Shown: positions 37,693-47,492 of the stretch, piece by piece
Layout of the letters: every line of letters starts with the position of its first letter
How positions within the stretch are numbered: the stretch's first letter is position 1
Assembly (NCBI GenBank): GCA_016744575.1
Contig: JADGEC010000003.1
Span: 108-64,107 of the forward strand
Origin: Sulfurimonadaceae bacterium
Lineage (GTDB): Bacteria; Campylobacterota; Campylobacteria; Campylobacterales; Sulfurimonadaceae
DNA: 64,000 nucleotides
Direction of reading: 5' to 3'
Notes under the pieces: model-generated
What the model was told of the DNA's origin: nothing
What the model saw: the letters and a program-made list of their open reading frames with translations, nothing else
The model's database searches: none
Position numbers and translations under genes: made by a program

Positions 37693-38952
37693 ATGAACCA
37701 AGCATTCTATACAGGCATAGTAGGTATGCAGGCACACCAGCACAGTATCGATGTCGTCGCTGACAATCTGGCCAATGTGAACACAGTGGGTTTTCGCTCC
37801 AGTCAGGCAGAGTTCGCCTCTATCTTCGAAGAGGTCCTAAACAGCTCCTCATCGGGATCTACGACTAATGACAGTATAGGGGAAGGCACACGTATCCAGG
37901 CAACTGTCACAAATATGCAACAGGGTTCTCTACTACTTGCAGACCAGAACACAGACCTTGCTATTGAAGGGGATGGATGGTTCGGTATCAACGGTAATGG
38001 ACAGGACCTATATACTCGTGCAGGAGGATTTACCTTTGACGGTGATCGAAACCTTGTGACCGGTGATGGGTTCTATGTACTGGGCACAAAGGGAGACAAC
38101 TTCACCGATGGTATCTTGACTGAACAACTTGGCCAGGTCGCTATAGCCGATGTAGGATCCCAAGAGGCTCTTATCCTTCCTGATACCCTTAGTTTTCCTG
38201 TCCAGCCTTCTACACTAGCGACATTTTCCGGAAACCTGGGTACCGAGGAGATATTACGATCGGTCAGTGCCGTGGTCATCTCCGCAAACAATGAACATAA
38301 CCGCCTACGACTGGACTTTACTCAGACTGTCCCGCAACCTACGACAGGTACAGCCTGGAATATTGTCGGCACCACGACTAGTAATGATGGAGAGACAGTC
38401 TACGACACCCAGACCGGCTCTGCCATATTTGGTGAGACTGGAGAATTGATAAGTTTTACAATACCTGCAGTCGACAATGATGGTACCTCTGTCGCTGTGG
38501 ACCTGGGCAGCGGATTTACCGGTGTCATCGCCAATGTCAGCGAGAGCGCACCAGCGCTCACCTCTGAAGCCGATGGCTTTGAGGGGGGAGACCTGACCGG
38601 TTACCGCATCAATGAGAACGCCGATATCATCGCCGCTTTCAGTAACGGACGTAGCAGTGCTGTCGGCAAGATCGCACTTTACCATTTTCAAAACGACCAG
38701 GGGCTTGACCGCATCAACGGCAGTCGTTTTGAAGAGAGTGCCAACAGCGGCAAACCGATCTTCTATCAGGATACCGCAGGTAATAATATCTTAGGCGCAA
38801 ACATACACAGTGGAAGACTTGAAGGCTCAAATTCAAGTATGGAGCAAGGCTTGACAGAGCTCATCATCTTGCAGCGCTCCTTTGATGCCAACTCAAAAAG
38901 TGTCACGACAGGAGATGAGCTTATCCAAAAAGCACTCAATATGGATGCATAA
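37693..38952 (+). CDS. FlgE-family hook protein paralogue (short, 419 aa)
   Basis: Flagellar rod/hook N-terminal motif (FYTGIVGMQAHQHSIDVVADNLANVNTVGF) and C-terminal LEGSNS...TELIILQRSFDANSK; directly coupled to flgD (2-nt gap). Confidence 0.85.
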   Translation: MNQAFYTGIVGMQAHQHSIDVVADNLANVNTVGFRSSQAEFASIFEEVLNSSSSGSTTNDSIGEGTRIQATVTNMQQGSLLLADQNTDLAIEGDGWFGINGNGQDLYTRAGGFTFDGDRNLVTGDGFYVLGTKGDNFTDGILTEQLGQVAIADVGSQEALILPDTLSFPVQPSTLATFSGNLGTEEILRSVSAVVISANNEHNRLRLDFTQTVPQPTTGTAWNIVGTTTSNDGETVYDTQTGSAIFGETGELISFTIPAVDNDGTSVAVDLGSGFTGVIANVSESAPALTSEADGFEGGDLTGYRINENADIIAAFSNGRSSAVGKIALYHFQNDQGLDRINGSRFEESANSGKPIFYQDTAGNNILGANIHSGRLEGSNSSMEQGLTELIILQRSFDANSKSVTTGDELIQKALNMDA

Positions 38953-39077
38953 GCTTCTATCTGGACACTATGACTAACAAGCACGATACTTTCTCTACGG
39001 AAGTGATGCTTTGAAAGACCGTAAGGCTTTTGTAAAAAAGTGACCTTGCAGTAAATACAATATTTAAAGTGAGATTT

Positions 39078-39094
39078 TGGAACGCTCTTTGCTT
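39078..39094 (+). promoter_or_regulatory. sigma-54 (RpoN) promoter upstream of flgE: TGGAACGCTCTTTGCTT
   Basis: Near-perfect TGGAAC-N5-TTGCTT. It ends 4 nt before the ATG at 39098, which argues the real flgE start is the ATG at 39125. Confidence 0.75.
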
Positions 39095-39124
39095 TAAATG
39101 TCTACTAACGTAAAAGGATTTAAA

Positions 39125-41218
39125 ATGTTAAAATCACTTTTTTCAGGCGTCTCCGGTCTTCAAGCTCACCAGATCGCAATGGATGTCGAATCTAATAATA
39201 TAGCTAATGTCAATACCACCGGATTCAAATACTCCCGAGCCAACTTCTCAGATATGCTGGCCCAGACCAACCAGATCGCGACTGCACCACAGGGTGACCT
39301 TGGTGGTAAGAACGCGGTCCAGGTCGGACTAGGTGCGAGTGTCTCATCTGTCACACGGATCCACTCCCAAGGTTCTATCCAGGCGACGGACAAGAACACG
39401 GACGTCGCCATACAGGGTGAAGGCTATTTCATTGTCAGTCCCGATGGAGGAAGTACCTACCAATACACCCGTTCTGGGGACTTTAAATTTGATGCCGACG
39501 GAAACTTTGTCGATAATAACGGTTTTGTAGCCCAGGGCTGGATGCGTGATGATGAGACCGATAAAGTCGACTCCACGGCTCCGATCACTAACATCGTGAT
39601 CCCTCCGGGACTCACCACTCCTGCGAACGCCACTGACGAGGTAGTCTTAAAAGCCAACCTGAACTCCGGCCCCAATGTCGAGAACTTCACAACAGCCTAT
39701 GCAACTGATGTTGCGGGTGTGACTACCGACTCTAATGGCAATGAGATCGCTTCAGGAAATATGGGCGTACTGTTCAATGATAGTGGCGAAGCATTTAGCC
39801 TGCAAGATGACCAGGGAATCTGGGGCTCATTCCAATCTGCTACTGTGACCGCCGCTGCCGCAGTCGGTGCAGGTGTTCAAGACCTTGACGTCACCTTTAT
39901 CAATGACGAAGGTGCCGCGATCCAGATCACTACGACGACTCCTGTGACCACGCCGGCACAGACAGGCACGCAAAATGCACAGACCTTTGCCGCAGCCATC
40001 AATGCCAGGACATCAGAGACTGGGATAGAGGCTTCCGTCGATGTAGCGACCGACCAACTGATCTTGACCAACCCCAATGATGATTCGACCAGCGGTCACA
40101 ATATCCGGATATCAGCCGTAGCTGGAGACAGTGGTCTTCTCGTCGCTGATACGATCACCGCTTATCGCTATCTCTACAGTTCGACAGGTGCTGATGCCAC
40201 CGTTGATTCAGATAAGAAGTTTCAGACGATCGCAGACCTACGCCATGCGATGCAACTACAGGCGACACAAGACCAACTGGTTACTGGTGGGTCACCTACT
40301 ATCATCATCAACGATCAGGGTAAGTTCGAGGTCTCCAATGTCTCAGGATCCGAGGATCTGAGTGTCAAGATGACAGGATACTCAGTGCCCGGCACCTCAG
40401 AGAACGTCCTTTTTACACGAAGTATGCAGGCGATGAACGCCGCACTTCCAGCCGGCTCTACAGGACAGGCCATCTCTCAGGCTTTCAATGCAGCCACACA
40501 CTCAAGCAGTATTGATGTCTATGACTCACTCGGATCGAAACATACCTTGCGTATGGAGTTTAGAAAGACCGAAGTAGACACTACGACTGGTAGCACCTGG
40601 ACGATGACCATCACCGTACCCGAACCCGGTAGTATCGACACTGTCTCACCATTAAACGAGAAATCGGGGCAAGTACGCTTCAACAATGACGGTTCATTAG
40701 CAACATTCTCACCTCCGAACCTCTCCTTCACTGCCAACAATGGTTCTTCACCCAACCAGCAAGTCAATATGACTTTAGGTACGTCAAATGCATTTGATGG
40801 GATGACCAGTTTCGACTCTACCTCCTCCACATCTGGTATCTCACAAGATGGATATACCGGCGGTGACTTGCAAGGAATCAGAATCGACCAAAGCGGTACA
40901 CTAGTCGGTTCGTTCTCCAATGGTCGTTCTTTCGGTCTTGCTCAGATAGCCATGGCGAAGTTTGCCAACAACGAAGGCCTTATCGCTGATGGCGGCAATG
41001 TCTTCTTACAAACGGCAAACTCTGGTAATCCGATCATCGGGGAAGCAGCCACGGCAGGTCGAGGCTTTATCCAGTCATCTTCCCTTGAAGCTTCTAACGT
41101 CGACCTGAGTAAGTCACTTACTCAACTCATCATCATCCAGCGTGGTTTCCAGGCTAACGGTAAGACGATCACCACGTCTGACCAGCTACTACAGACCCTT
41201 ATTGGATTGAAACAGTAG
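39125..41218 (+). CDS. flgE: flagellar hook protein FlgE (long, epsilonproteobacterial type)
   Basis: MLKSLFSGVSGLQAHQIAMDVESNNIANVNTTGFK N-terminus, large central insert, C-terminal LEASNVDLSKSLTQLIIIQRGFQANGK. Start moved from 39098 to 39125 (AAGGA RBS, promoter position). Confidence 0.92.
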   Translation: MLKSLFSGVSGLQAHQIAMDVESNNIANVNTTGFKYSRANFSDMLAQTNQIATAPQGDLGGKNAVQVGLGASVSSVTRIHSQGSIQATDKNTDVAIQGEGYFIVSPDGGSTYQYTRSGDFKFDADGNFVDNNGFVAQGWMRDDETDKVDSTAPITNIVIPPGLTTPANATDEVVLKANLNSGPNVENFTTAYATDVAGVTTDSNGNEIASGNMGVLFNDSGEAFSLQDDQGIWGSFQSATVTAAAAVGAGVQDLDVTFINDEGAAIQITTTTPVTTPAQTGTQNAQTFAAAINARTSETGIEASVDVATDQLILTNPNDDSTSGHNIRISAVAGDSGLLVADTITAYRYLYSSTGADATVDSDKKFQTIADLRHAMQLQATQDQLVTGGSPTIIINDQGKFEVSNVSGSEDLSVKMTGYSVPGTSENVLFTRSMQAMNAALPAGSTGQAISQAFNAATHSSSIDVYDSLGSKHTLRMEFRKTEVDTTTGSTWTMTITVPEPGSIDTVSPLNEKSGQVRFNNDGSLATFSPPNLSFTANNGSSPNQQVNMTLGTSNAFDGMTSFDSTSSTSGISQDGYTGGDLQGIRIDQSGTLVGSFSNGRSFGLAQIAMAKFANNEGLIADGGNVFLQTANSGNPIIGEAATAGRGFIQSSSLEASNVDLSKSLTQLIIIQRGFQANGKTITTSDQLLQTLIGLKQ

Positions 41219-41223
41219 TCTTT

Positions 41224-41243
41224 AGCGGGCTTACAGCCCGGCT
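41224..41243. terminator. GC-rich hairpin between convergent flgE and dgt (AGCGGGC-ttaca-GCCCGGCT)
   Basis: Imperfect 7-8-bp GC stem flanked by a T run on one side and an A run on the other; could serve either convergent gene. Confidence 0.45.
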
Positions 41244-41280
41244 AAAAAACTAAAAACTAAAACATAAGAGTTACCGCTTC

Positions 41281-42375
41281 TTATCTTCCATAGATCTCAT
41301 TAAACAGCGTCATCGCATATCTATCGCTCATCGATGCCATATAATCAGCGATAACACGCTGTTTGTTTCGCTTATCAAACTGTTTGAAGTAGTAAGTCGG
41401 CAGCATCTTTGGTTCCTCGACAAGCGCACCAAACAATCCGATGATAGCCTGCTTACCTGCATACATCTTTCGCACTATCTGTTTATGTTGATAAAGCTCA
41501 TGATAAAGCAACTTCTTCAACTGTTTTATCTCTGTCTCCAAAGCTGCATCAAACCCTATCGGTATCCGTTCAGTGAAAGCTAGTCTTGTACCTTGTCCTT
41601 CCTCAGTACTGACCTGGGACTTTGTATACGCTAACAGGGAGTAGACAAGGTGATTGATGAGATGCGAGCTGAAACGGTAGCGAAACATCTCATCCTCCTC
41701 CTCATCGATACCTTCATCATGGACCTTCTCTATGATCTCACTGATCAGGCGGTTCTTCTTCAACGTATCAAAACTGATGAGTCCGGAGTTGACACCATCA
41801 TCGATATCATGGCTTAAGTAAGCGATCTCATCGGCACGGTCGACGATCATCGCTTCGAAAGAGGGGTGACTGGAGAGATCGAACTGTTCGTCTATCTCAT
41901 CACTCAGAAATGATTTCTTATACGGATAAGAGTGTTTGAGAATCCCTTCAAGCGTAGCAAAAGTAAGGTTGAGTCCGTCAAACTGCTTATAACGCTTCTC
42001 TAACAGCGTGACGACCCGAAAACTCTGATAGTTATGATCAAAACCATTCTTTGAACCAGCCTCTTTTAGACAGCGGTCGAGTGTATCTCCACCGACATGA
42101 CCGAAAGGGGTATGACCCAGATCATGTGAAAGGGCGATCGCTTCGGCCAGTGACTCTTCAAGCCCCAGTTGTGAAGCGATAGAGCGAGCTATCTGGCTTA
42201 CTTCGATGGAGTGAGTCAGCCTCGTACGGAAGAAGTCACCTTCCTGATTTAGAAAGACCTGAGTCTTATACTCCAGTTTACGAAAACTTCCCGAGTGGAT
42301 CACCCGGTCACGGTCTCGAGCAAAAGGGGCGCGAAAATCATCTTTGATGGTGTGAAAACGCTGATATGGCTTCAT
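41281..42375 (-). CDS. dgt: dGTPase-family deoxynucleoside triphosphate triphosphohydrolase (HD domain)
   Basis: F(A)RDRDRVIHS..FR.L..KTQV and HD motif LTHSIEVSQIARSIA...HDLGHTPFGH; 364 aa. Confidence 0.9.
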   Translation of the reverse strand: MKPYQRFHTIKDDFRAPFARDRDRVIHSGSFRKLEYKTQVFLNQEGDFFRTRLTHSIEVSQIARSIASQLGLEESLAEAIALSHDLGHTPFGHVGGDTLDRCLKEAGSKNGFDHNYQSFRVVTLLEKRYKQFDGLNLTFATLEGILKHSYPYKKSFLSDEIDEQFDLSSHPSFEAMIVDRADEIAYLSHDIDDGVNSGLISFDTLKKNRLISEIIEKVHDEGIDEEEDEMFRYRFSSHLINHLVYSLLAYTKSQVSTEEGQGTRLAFTERIPIGFDAALETEIKQLKKLLYHELYQHKQIVRKMYAGKQAIIGLFGALVEEPKMLPTYYFKQFDKRNKQRVIADYMASMSDRYAMTLFNEIYGR

Positions 42376-42429
42376 GGTGTTCCTATTGGTATGATGGGGA
42401 ATAGTGTATTGATATAGGGCAGAGTATCT

Positions 42430-42687
42430 CTAATGCTTATACTCCAGCTTTTCGGGTCGTGAGCATTCCGGACACTCAAGCTCTTGCTCTTGCTCTGGCA
42501 ATGAAGCTTTTGCTGCTTCCTCTTCCGTGTAGGGGTAGCACTCTGGAGGGATAGTCTGTCCAGGCTCTATAGCATCACACATAAGCGCATTAAAGCGAAA
42601 ATGGCTGCAGCCCTGTGTCAGTAGAGAAAGTATCAGTAGTCCGGCAAGGACTACTTGTCGATAGAATAACCGCGCTTTAACAGGCAC
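42430..42687 (-). CDS. small Cys-rich lipoprotein (paralogue B)
   Basis: Lipobox LLTQGC; mature part has C-x12-C-x21-CxxC; paralogous pattern to the upstream ORF. Confidence 0.5.
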   Translation of the reverse strand: MPVKARLFYRQVVLAGLLILSLLTQGCSHFRFNALMCDAIEPGQTIPPECYPYTEEEAAKASLPEQEQELECPECSRPEKLEYKH

Positions 42688-42893
42688 TCTTTACACTCAT
42701 CATCGACATTTTTTGGAAAAGTGACAAGATCTGCCTTCTTCTCATCATAGGCTTGACACTGGCGAAAGTCCTGATGGACCATCTGTTCACTGTGGCCCGG
42801 AGGGCAGATCATACCACTGACGGTGATCGATTTAGTACTACAACCCGAAAACAGCGATAACAGTAGACCCATCGCTATGAGATAACGCATCAT
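42651..42893 (-). CDS. small Cys-rich lipoprotein (paralogue A)
   Basis: Lipobox LFSGC; mature part has C-x15-C-x20-CxxC; 4-nt overlap with the ThyX-like gene stop. Confidence 0.5.
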   Translation of the reverse strand: MMRYLIAMGLLLSLFSGCSTKSITVSGMICPPGHSEQMVHQDFRQCQAYDEKKADLVTFPKNVDDECKECLLKRGYSIDK

Positions 42894-44254
42894 ATCTCCC
42901 TTTTATAATCCTCAAAATCAAGTTTCCAGACTTTGATACCACAAAAGTGATCGCCCTCAGGGCAGGTCGGTCGTATCTTCATCTTAAAACGGGTGGCGCA
43001 TGGAGGTAACAATTCTTCGCTTCCAGCCACCTCCATCTCACGCAGTTGTCTTACCTGCTCATAGACGGTATCAAAGATCTCCTCCTGAGCGTTGTAACAC
43101 AGACGCATCTGCGCCTTATGATGAAAGGAGGTAAAATCATTTCGTTCTACCAGTTCGATCTCATGCGCATTACTGAGAGCATAGACGGCTTCACCAAAAC
43201 CAAGCTTCTCTTTTTGTGCTTCAAAGAAGTCATAACTAGCCGTTATAGAAGCGTTATAAAGTGCTAACGCCTCTTCGTTCTTGGCGATTATTGGCGGTAC
43301 ATAGGCTGAGCGTTTGTAACCATCTTCAAGGGCAGGGCGTACAGCCGGTGAGCGGCGATGACGCTGGTTTTGCGCATCTGCTGCCAGTGAGAGCCGTATG
43401 TAGGTACTAAACCCGCCAAGTGCTCCGCTATCTGGAAGCATCTGTGAGTATCGAAGGACATCCGCATAGTTGTTATTGACCTCAAACCTTGCGTCACCTA
43501 CGACATCATGGACTTTGACCTTCTGAGTACCTACATCGAGCTTATCTTTCAATCCTGTCATATCAAATGACGGGAACTCCGGTGATGATTCCTGAGCGTG
43601 TCTGACTAACGGCTCAAGTGAGGCATCGAGATCGATGAGTCTTTTCGCTATCAGATCAGCAAAAGCAATCGCCTCATCACGGACCTCAGGCATCGTCTTC
43701 GCTACCGCGATATAACGAAGTAGGGTGATGATGTTGACGGTATGATAGAGATAAGCACTCATCCCGACAGGCAGGACATAACGTGCCATCTCTTGCGCCT
43801 TCTTCCCGGTATCTTTTCTACGAAACTTCGGGACGACCGCCTCGACATCAGGGTAGAGGATGTCTATCAGTCTGCCATACTCCTCAAAACGTGCCGCATA
43901 GAACGTCTCCCATTCAGACTTATCTGCACTCTCCGGATAGACGAAGTTCTCTATCTTCATCCGGGCATATCGCTGGGAGACCTGTTCAGAGTTATAGTAA
44001 GGGTGTCCATGCAGCATACGCCAGATAAGATGTCGGCTTACTCCGGAGAGAAGCATCGTGATGTTGGTATGCTGTAAGGTGGTATGATGTCCACCTTTGA
44101 AGATACCCTTTAAGAGGTCATCTTTTCGCGCCCACTGCTCACTCTTTTCTGGTTCGACAATACCGTTAGGAAAGTAACAGGTCCGTGCGGCTGATACCGC
44201 CACATTGGAAGGTTTTTCTACGCTTAGGAACTCTACCTGCATCGGCTTCTCCAT
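42890..44254 (-). CDS. ThyX-like flavin-dependent thymidylate synthase homologue, double length (454 aa) with a divergent ThyX motif
   Basis: GGHHTTLQH (cf. GHETPFEH) and ...NSEQVSQRY (cf. SYNELSGRY) align to ThyX, but the RHR of the ThyX motif reads HGH. An RHR sits later (ADAQNQRHRRS), and two R...AQxEI-like segments suggest a tandem pseudo-dimer. Confidence 0.65.
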   Translation of the reverse strand: MEKPMQVEFLSVEKPSNVAVSAARTCYFPNGIVEPEKSEQWARKDDLLKGIFKGGHHTTLQHTNITMLLSGVSRHLIWRMLHGHPYYNSEQVSQRYARMKIENFVYPESADKSEWETFYAARFEEYGRLIDILYPDVEAVVPKFRRKDTGKKAQEMARYVLPVGMSAYLYHTVNIITLLRYIAVAKTMPEVRDEAIAFADLIAKRLIDLDASLEPLVRHAQESSPEFPSFDMTGLKDKLDVGTQKVKVHDVVGDARFEVNNNYADVLRYSQMLPDSGALGGFSTYIRLSLAADAQNQRHRRSPAVRPALEDGYKRSAYVPPIIAKNEEALALYNASITASYDFFEAQKEKLGFGEAVYALSNAHEIELVERNDFTSFHHKAQMRLCYNAQEEIFDTVYEQVRQLREMEVAGSEELLPPCATRFKMKIRPTCPEGDHFCGIKVWKLDFEDYKREI

Positions 44255-44567
44255 TATCTGGTCTTTTAATGTATTGTAACTAGATAAAAATTAAATGCGG
44301 GGACAAGAAAATGAAGGAGTGCCAAGTTTGGCAGGAAGCTAATCATCCTTATATTTTGACCGGCAGAGCATCTCATCTTCAAAGAGGAGTAAAAGCCCTG
44401 TAAAAAGGCTGGAAGATCACAAGCTCTTAAATGCTGCTACGTTCGTCACTCAGACCTTCTATATCAACAGTGAATCAGATCTAATGTCAATACGATCAGT
44501 TATCCTACCGTTGTGAAGTGTATGATATCTGTTTTGACTCTATCTGACCGGGTCTGCTATCAATGTA

Positions 44568-46799
44568 TCAGTGCTGCTGTTGAGCCTCTTCAAGCATATC
44601 ATCAAGGACGCTATAGAGTTGTTCGCTTGAATCTTCCATGCTCTTGAAGTTCTCAGTGATCGATGCCTCATTTTCCACTCTGATATCACCATCTTTGATA
44701 AACATCATGTTGTCATGGACTCTATCATGAACACTTTTATGCGGTGCTACAACACTTCTGAAGGCATTGGTATTTCCAAATCTCTCCTTACCCGTCTCTT
44801 CATACCATCTGCCAAGACGACATTCAGTGTGATTCGAGAATGATGCCGTCATATCGACATCGACGATAGTATCATACGCATTGGCTTTAAAGATGATATG
44901 GTCGACCTTTGCCAATGTGACAAAGACTCTGTTCTCCATATCATAGACTACTTTCGCCATATCCTGCGCACCGCTGTTCAACACTTCCATACTCGTATTG
45001 AAGTTCTCTACCGAGATCGATGTCTCGTTAGCCAAGGAGGTCATCGTCTCTGATTTCTTCAGGATGATACTAGCTTCCTGTTTCATAGAGTCTATAGAGA
45101 TAGTTATCTCACTGGTCGCCTTTTGAGTCCGTTCTGCAAGTTTTCTGACTTCATCCGCGACAACAGCGAAGCCTCGTCCATGCTCACCTGCACGCGCAGC
45201 TTCTATGGCAGCGTTGAGTGCCAGTAGATTTGTCTGATCGGCAATATCTTTGATAAGACCTACTACCGATGCGACGTCGGTAGTCTGATCGTTCAGACTC
45301 CCTATACTTGTGTTACTGTCACTAATATGTTCGACAAGGGTCTGAAGTCTGTTTAAGATCTGCTCGACTTCTGCCATTGAACTACTTGACTCCTCACTTG
45401 TCTTTTCCGTACTCGCTTGAACACCCATAAGCTCATCGATGACATTTGTCATCTCATCTTGTATGATAGCCAGACCATCCCCTACACTGCCAATAGCTCT
45501 GACATTGGCACTAAAGTTTATCAACCGCTGTTTTAAGTGTGCATCTTTCATAGCATCTATACCGCTTCCGACCATCATGATAGCTTTTGAAAAATCACCT
45601 TTTAAGCCTTTATCATCAAGTTCGTAACTAAAATCACCAGCTGAGGCATGTGAGACAGAGGTATTGATGCGTTCTATTAAAGCAGCGAACGTAGCTACAA
45701 GTGATTGGAGCATCTTTGCCAGATCACCCATCTCGTCACGGTTCATACCATTGATCTTTAATTCAGAGAGATCCCCTTCATTTACCTGATCTATAAGCGT
45801 CTTGAACTTAGTTATAGATCTCGAGATCCCACTGATGATACTGTAAGAGATAAAGACAATAGATATCAAGACCATGCTCGATACTATTAATGCAGAGACA
45901 AGCAGCATCATAGCTGCATCCGCATTAGTATCTGACAGCGCTATGGTAGTATGAGCGATCATATCTTCAAACTGTTTAAGTTGATCTATCTTTTTTGTTA
46001 TCGTCTTGAACCAGTAAACACTGTCTATACCAAAATCCTCATTTTTTGAGAGTGCGATCTTCCTCATCCTCTCGACTTCGACAAAGGACGGGTGTGTCTG
46101 GAGCTGTTCAAACTCCGATCCGATACTCTTCGTCGCAGTATGAAGAAAAAGATTCAAAAGCGTCTTTTGTTCAGATGCCAAAGATGCGAACTTGGCGAAT
46201 GAAGCTATCGTGAACTTATCTGCTGCAAATACACTGGATAATACAGCTCTCTCCACTCCTGCTCTCTCTTTTGAACTGATAAAGATGACAAAACTGCTAA
46301 AATCAGTTCTGACTTCGGCATCTTCAGGAATAGTCGAGAAGTAAGCAATAGTATCAATGATATCTTTGTTTAAAGAGGTGTAAAAATCAACAGCTTCTTT
46401 CCTCACAGCTGAGAGTGAATTGACTTTTTCTCTCATCTTTTTTACAGAACCCAGATCGACCCTGTTTTTCACTACCTCTATCTCCGAGATAGCGCTATCT
46501 GCATAAAAGGCCTCCAACTCTTGTATCTTCTTGTCTGTCTTGGCTTGTTGAATAGGGAGGATATCTACAAATCTTTTACCTCCAGAACCGAGAAACCCGG
46601 CACTGGCACCCCTCTCTTTTTGTAGTTCATGCAAAACTGAGCTTACTTTTACCGAAAGCTTGATAATAGAATTAGCTCTAGAGTCATTGCTATAGGAAGA
46701 GTATGCGTTATTAGCCGTATAAAATGAGTAAGCAAAGATCACCACTAACACTACGCTACTGAGTATAAGCAATTTATTTTTGATAGTCAGATCGTTCAT
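44568..46799 (-). CDS. methyl-accepting chemotaxis protein with periplasmic NIT domain, HAMP, MCP signalling domain and C-terminal CZB zinc-binding domain
   Basis: NIT signature [18 protein letters not shown] between two TM segments. MCP core [37 protein letters not shown]-terminal H...CRLGRWY...HKSVH matches the CZB H-C-H-H motif. Confidence 0.9.
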   Translation of the reverse strand: MNDLTIKNKLLILSSVVLVVIFAYSFYTANNAYSSYSNDSRANSIIKLSVKVSSVLHELQKERGASAGFLGSGGKRFVDILPIQQAKTDKKIQELEAFYADSAISEIEVVKNRVDLGSVKKMREKVNSLSAVRKEAVDFYTSLNKDIIDTIAYFSTIPEDAEVRTDFSSFVIFISSKERAGVERAVLSSVFAADKFTIASFAKFASLASEQKTLLNLFLHTATKSIGSEFEQLQTHPSFVEVERMRKIALSKNEDFGIDSVYWFKTITKKIDQLKQFEDMIAHTTIALSDTNADAAMMLLVSALIVSSMVLISIVFISYSIISGISRSITKFKTLIDQVNEGDLSELKINGMNRDEMGDLAKMLQSLVATFAALIERINTSVSHASAGDFSYELDDKGLKGDFSKAIMMVGSGIDAMKDAHLKQRLINFSANVRAIGSVGDGLAIIQDEMTNVIDELMGVQASTEKTSEESSSSMAEVEQILNRLQTLVEHISDSNTSIGSLNDQTTDVASVVGLIKDIADQTNLLALNAAIEAARAGEHGRGFAVVADEVRKLAERTQKATSEITISIDSMKQEASIILKKSETMTSLANETSISVENFNTSMEVLNSGAQDMAKVVYDMENRVFVTLAKVDHIIFKANAYDTIVDVDMTASFSNHTECRLGRWYEETGKERFGNTNAFRSVVAPHKSVHDRVHDNMMFIKDGDIRVENEASITENFKSMEDSSEQLYSVLDDMLEEAQQQH

Positions 46800-47108
46800 G
46801 ACAGAAACCTTTATTCAGATCATATATTATAATATCTTATTTTACTAAGGATATTTTATTTTCTTTATAATTGTTATATATTATTATTTTCTTACTTTAT
46901 GTAACAAATGGTAGCTCTGACAATAGCCCCCTGTCACGATATTCTCTAGTTGCAAATGAGTAAGATATGAGGATTTGACTATCTAATATGTGACTACGCA
47001 CCGGTTATGACTGTCTGAGAAGATCGAATCTAAGACCTTGATGGATCAAGACCAAAGGATCGTATTGTTTTTTGAGAGTACTGCACGAATGTGCAGCAGA
47101 AGGTATTT

Positions 47109-47492
47109 TTATGAAGTAAGGTAGGCTTCGTTGATCACTTTGCCAAATATCTCACTAAGGCGGTCTTCAAGACCATTGAATACAGGGTGCTTGATCTTGA
47201 AGGCGATCTGATCATCTTCTTCAGAGAGTGCGACATAAAAGATCGGTTCATGCAGCATCTCCTCTGTGACATCGAAAAGTGCCTCTTTTTTAGACTCAAG
47301 TAGAGAGGCTAATGACTCTCCTGCTTCGACAAGCGTCTGCTCTGCATTTGTCAGTGAAGAGTGGAACTCTGGTTCGACTGCGACTACCAGAGACTCTTCC
47401 TTACCTACCATAAGGTAAAAGAGGTAGAAAAAACGCTTCTCACCACTTTCGATGACTGGCATCTGTTTTGTTATGAAATGTACGGGGATCAT
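47109..47492 (-). CDS. hypothetical protein (127 aa)
   Basis: Intact ORF, acidic, no motif recognised. Confidence 0.45.
   Translation of the reverse strand: MIPVHFITKQMPVIESGEKRFFYLFYLMVGKEESLVVAVEPEFHSSLTNAEQTLVEAGESLASLLESKKEALFDVTEEMLHEPIFYVALSEEDDQIAFKIKHPVFNGLEDRLSEIFGKVINEAYLTS

Noticed and set aside
39098-39124. The upstream ATG that the ORF track gives as the flgE start (MSTNVKGFK...)
   Set aside because: It lies only 4 nt downstream of the -12 element of the sigma-54 promoter and lacks an RBS. The ATG at 39125 has an AAGGA RBS and yields the canonical FlgE N-terminus.
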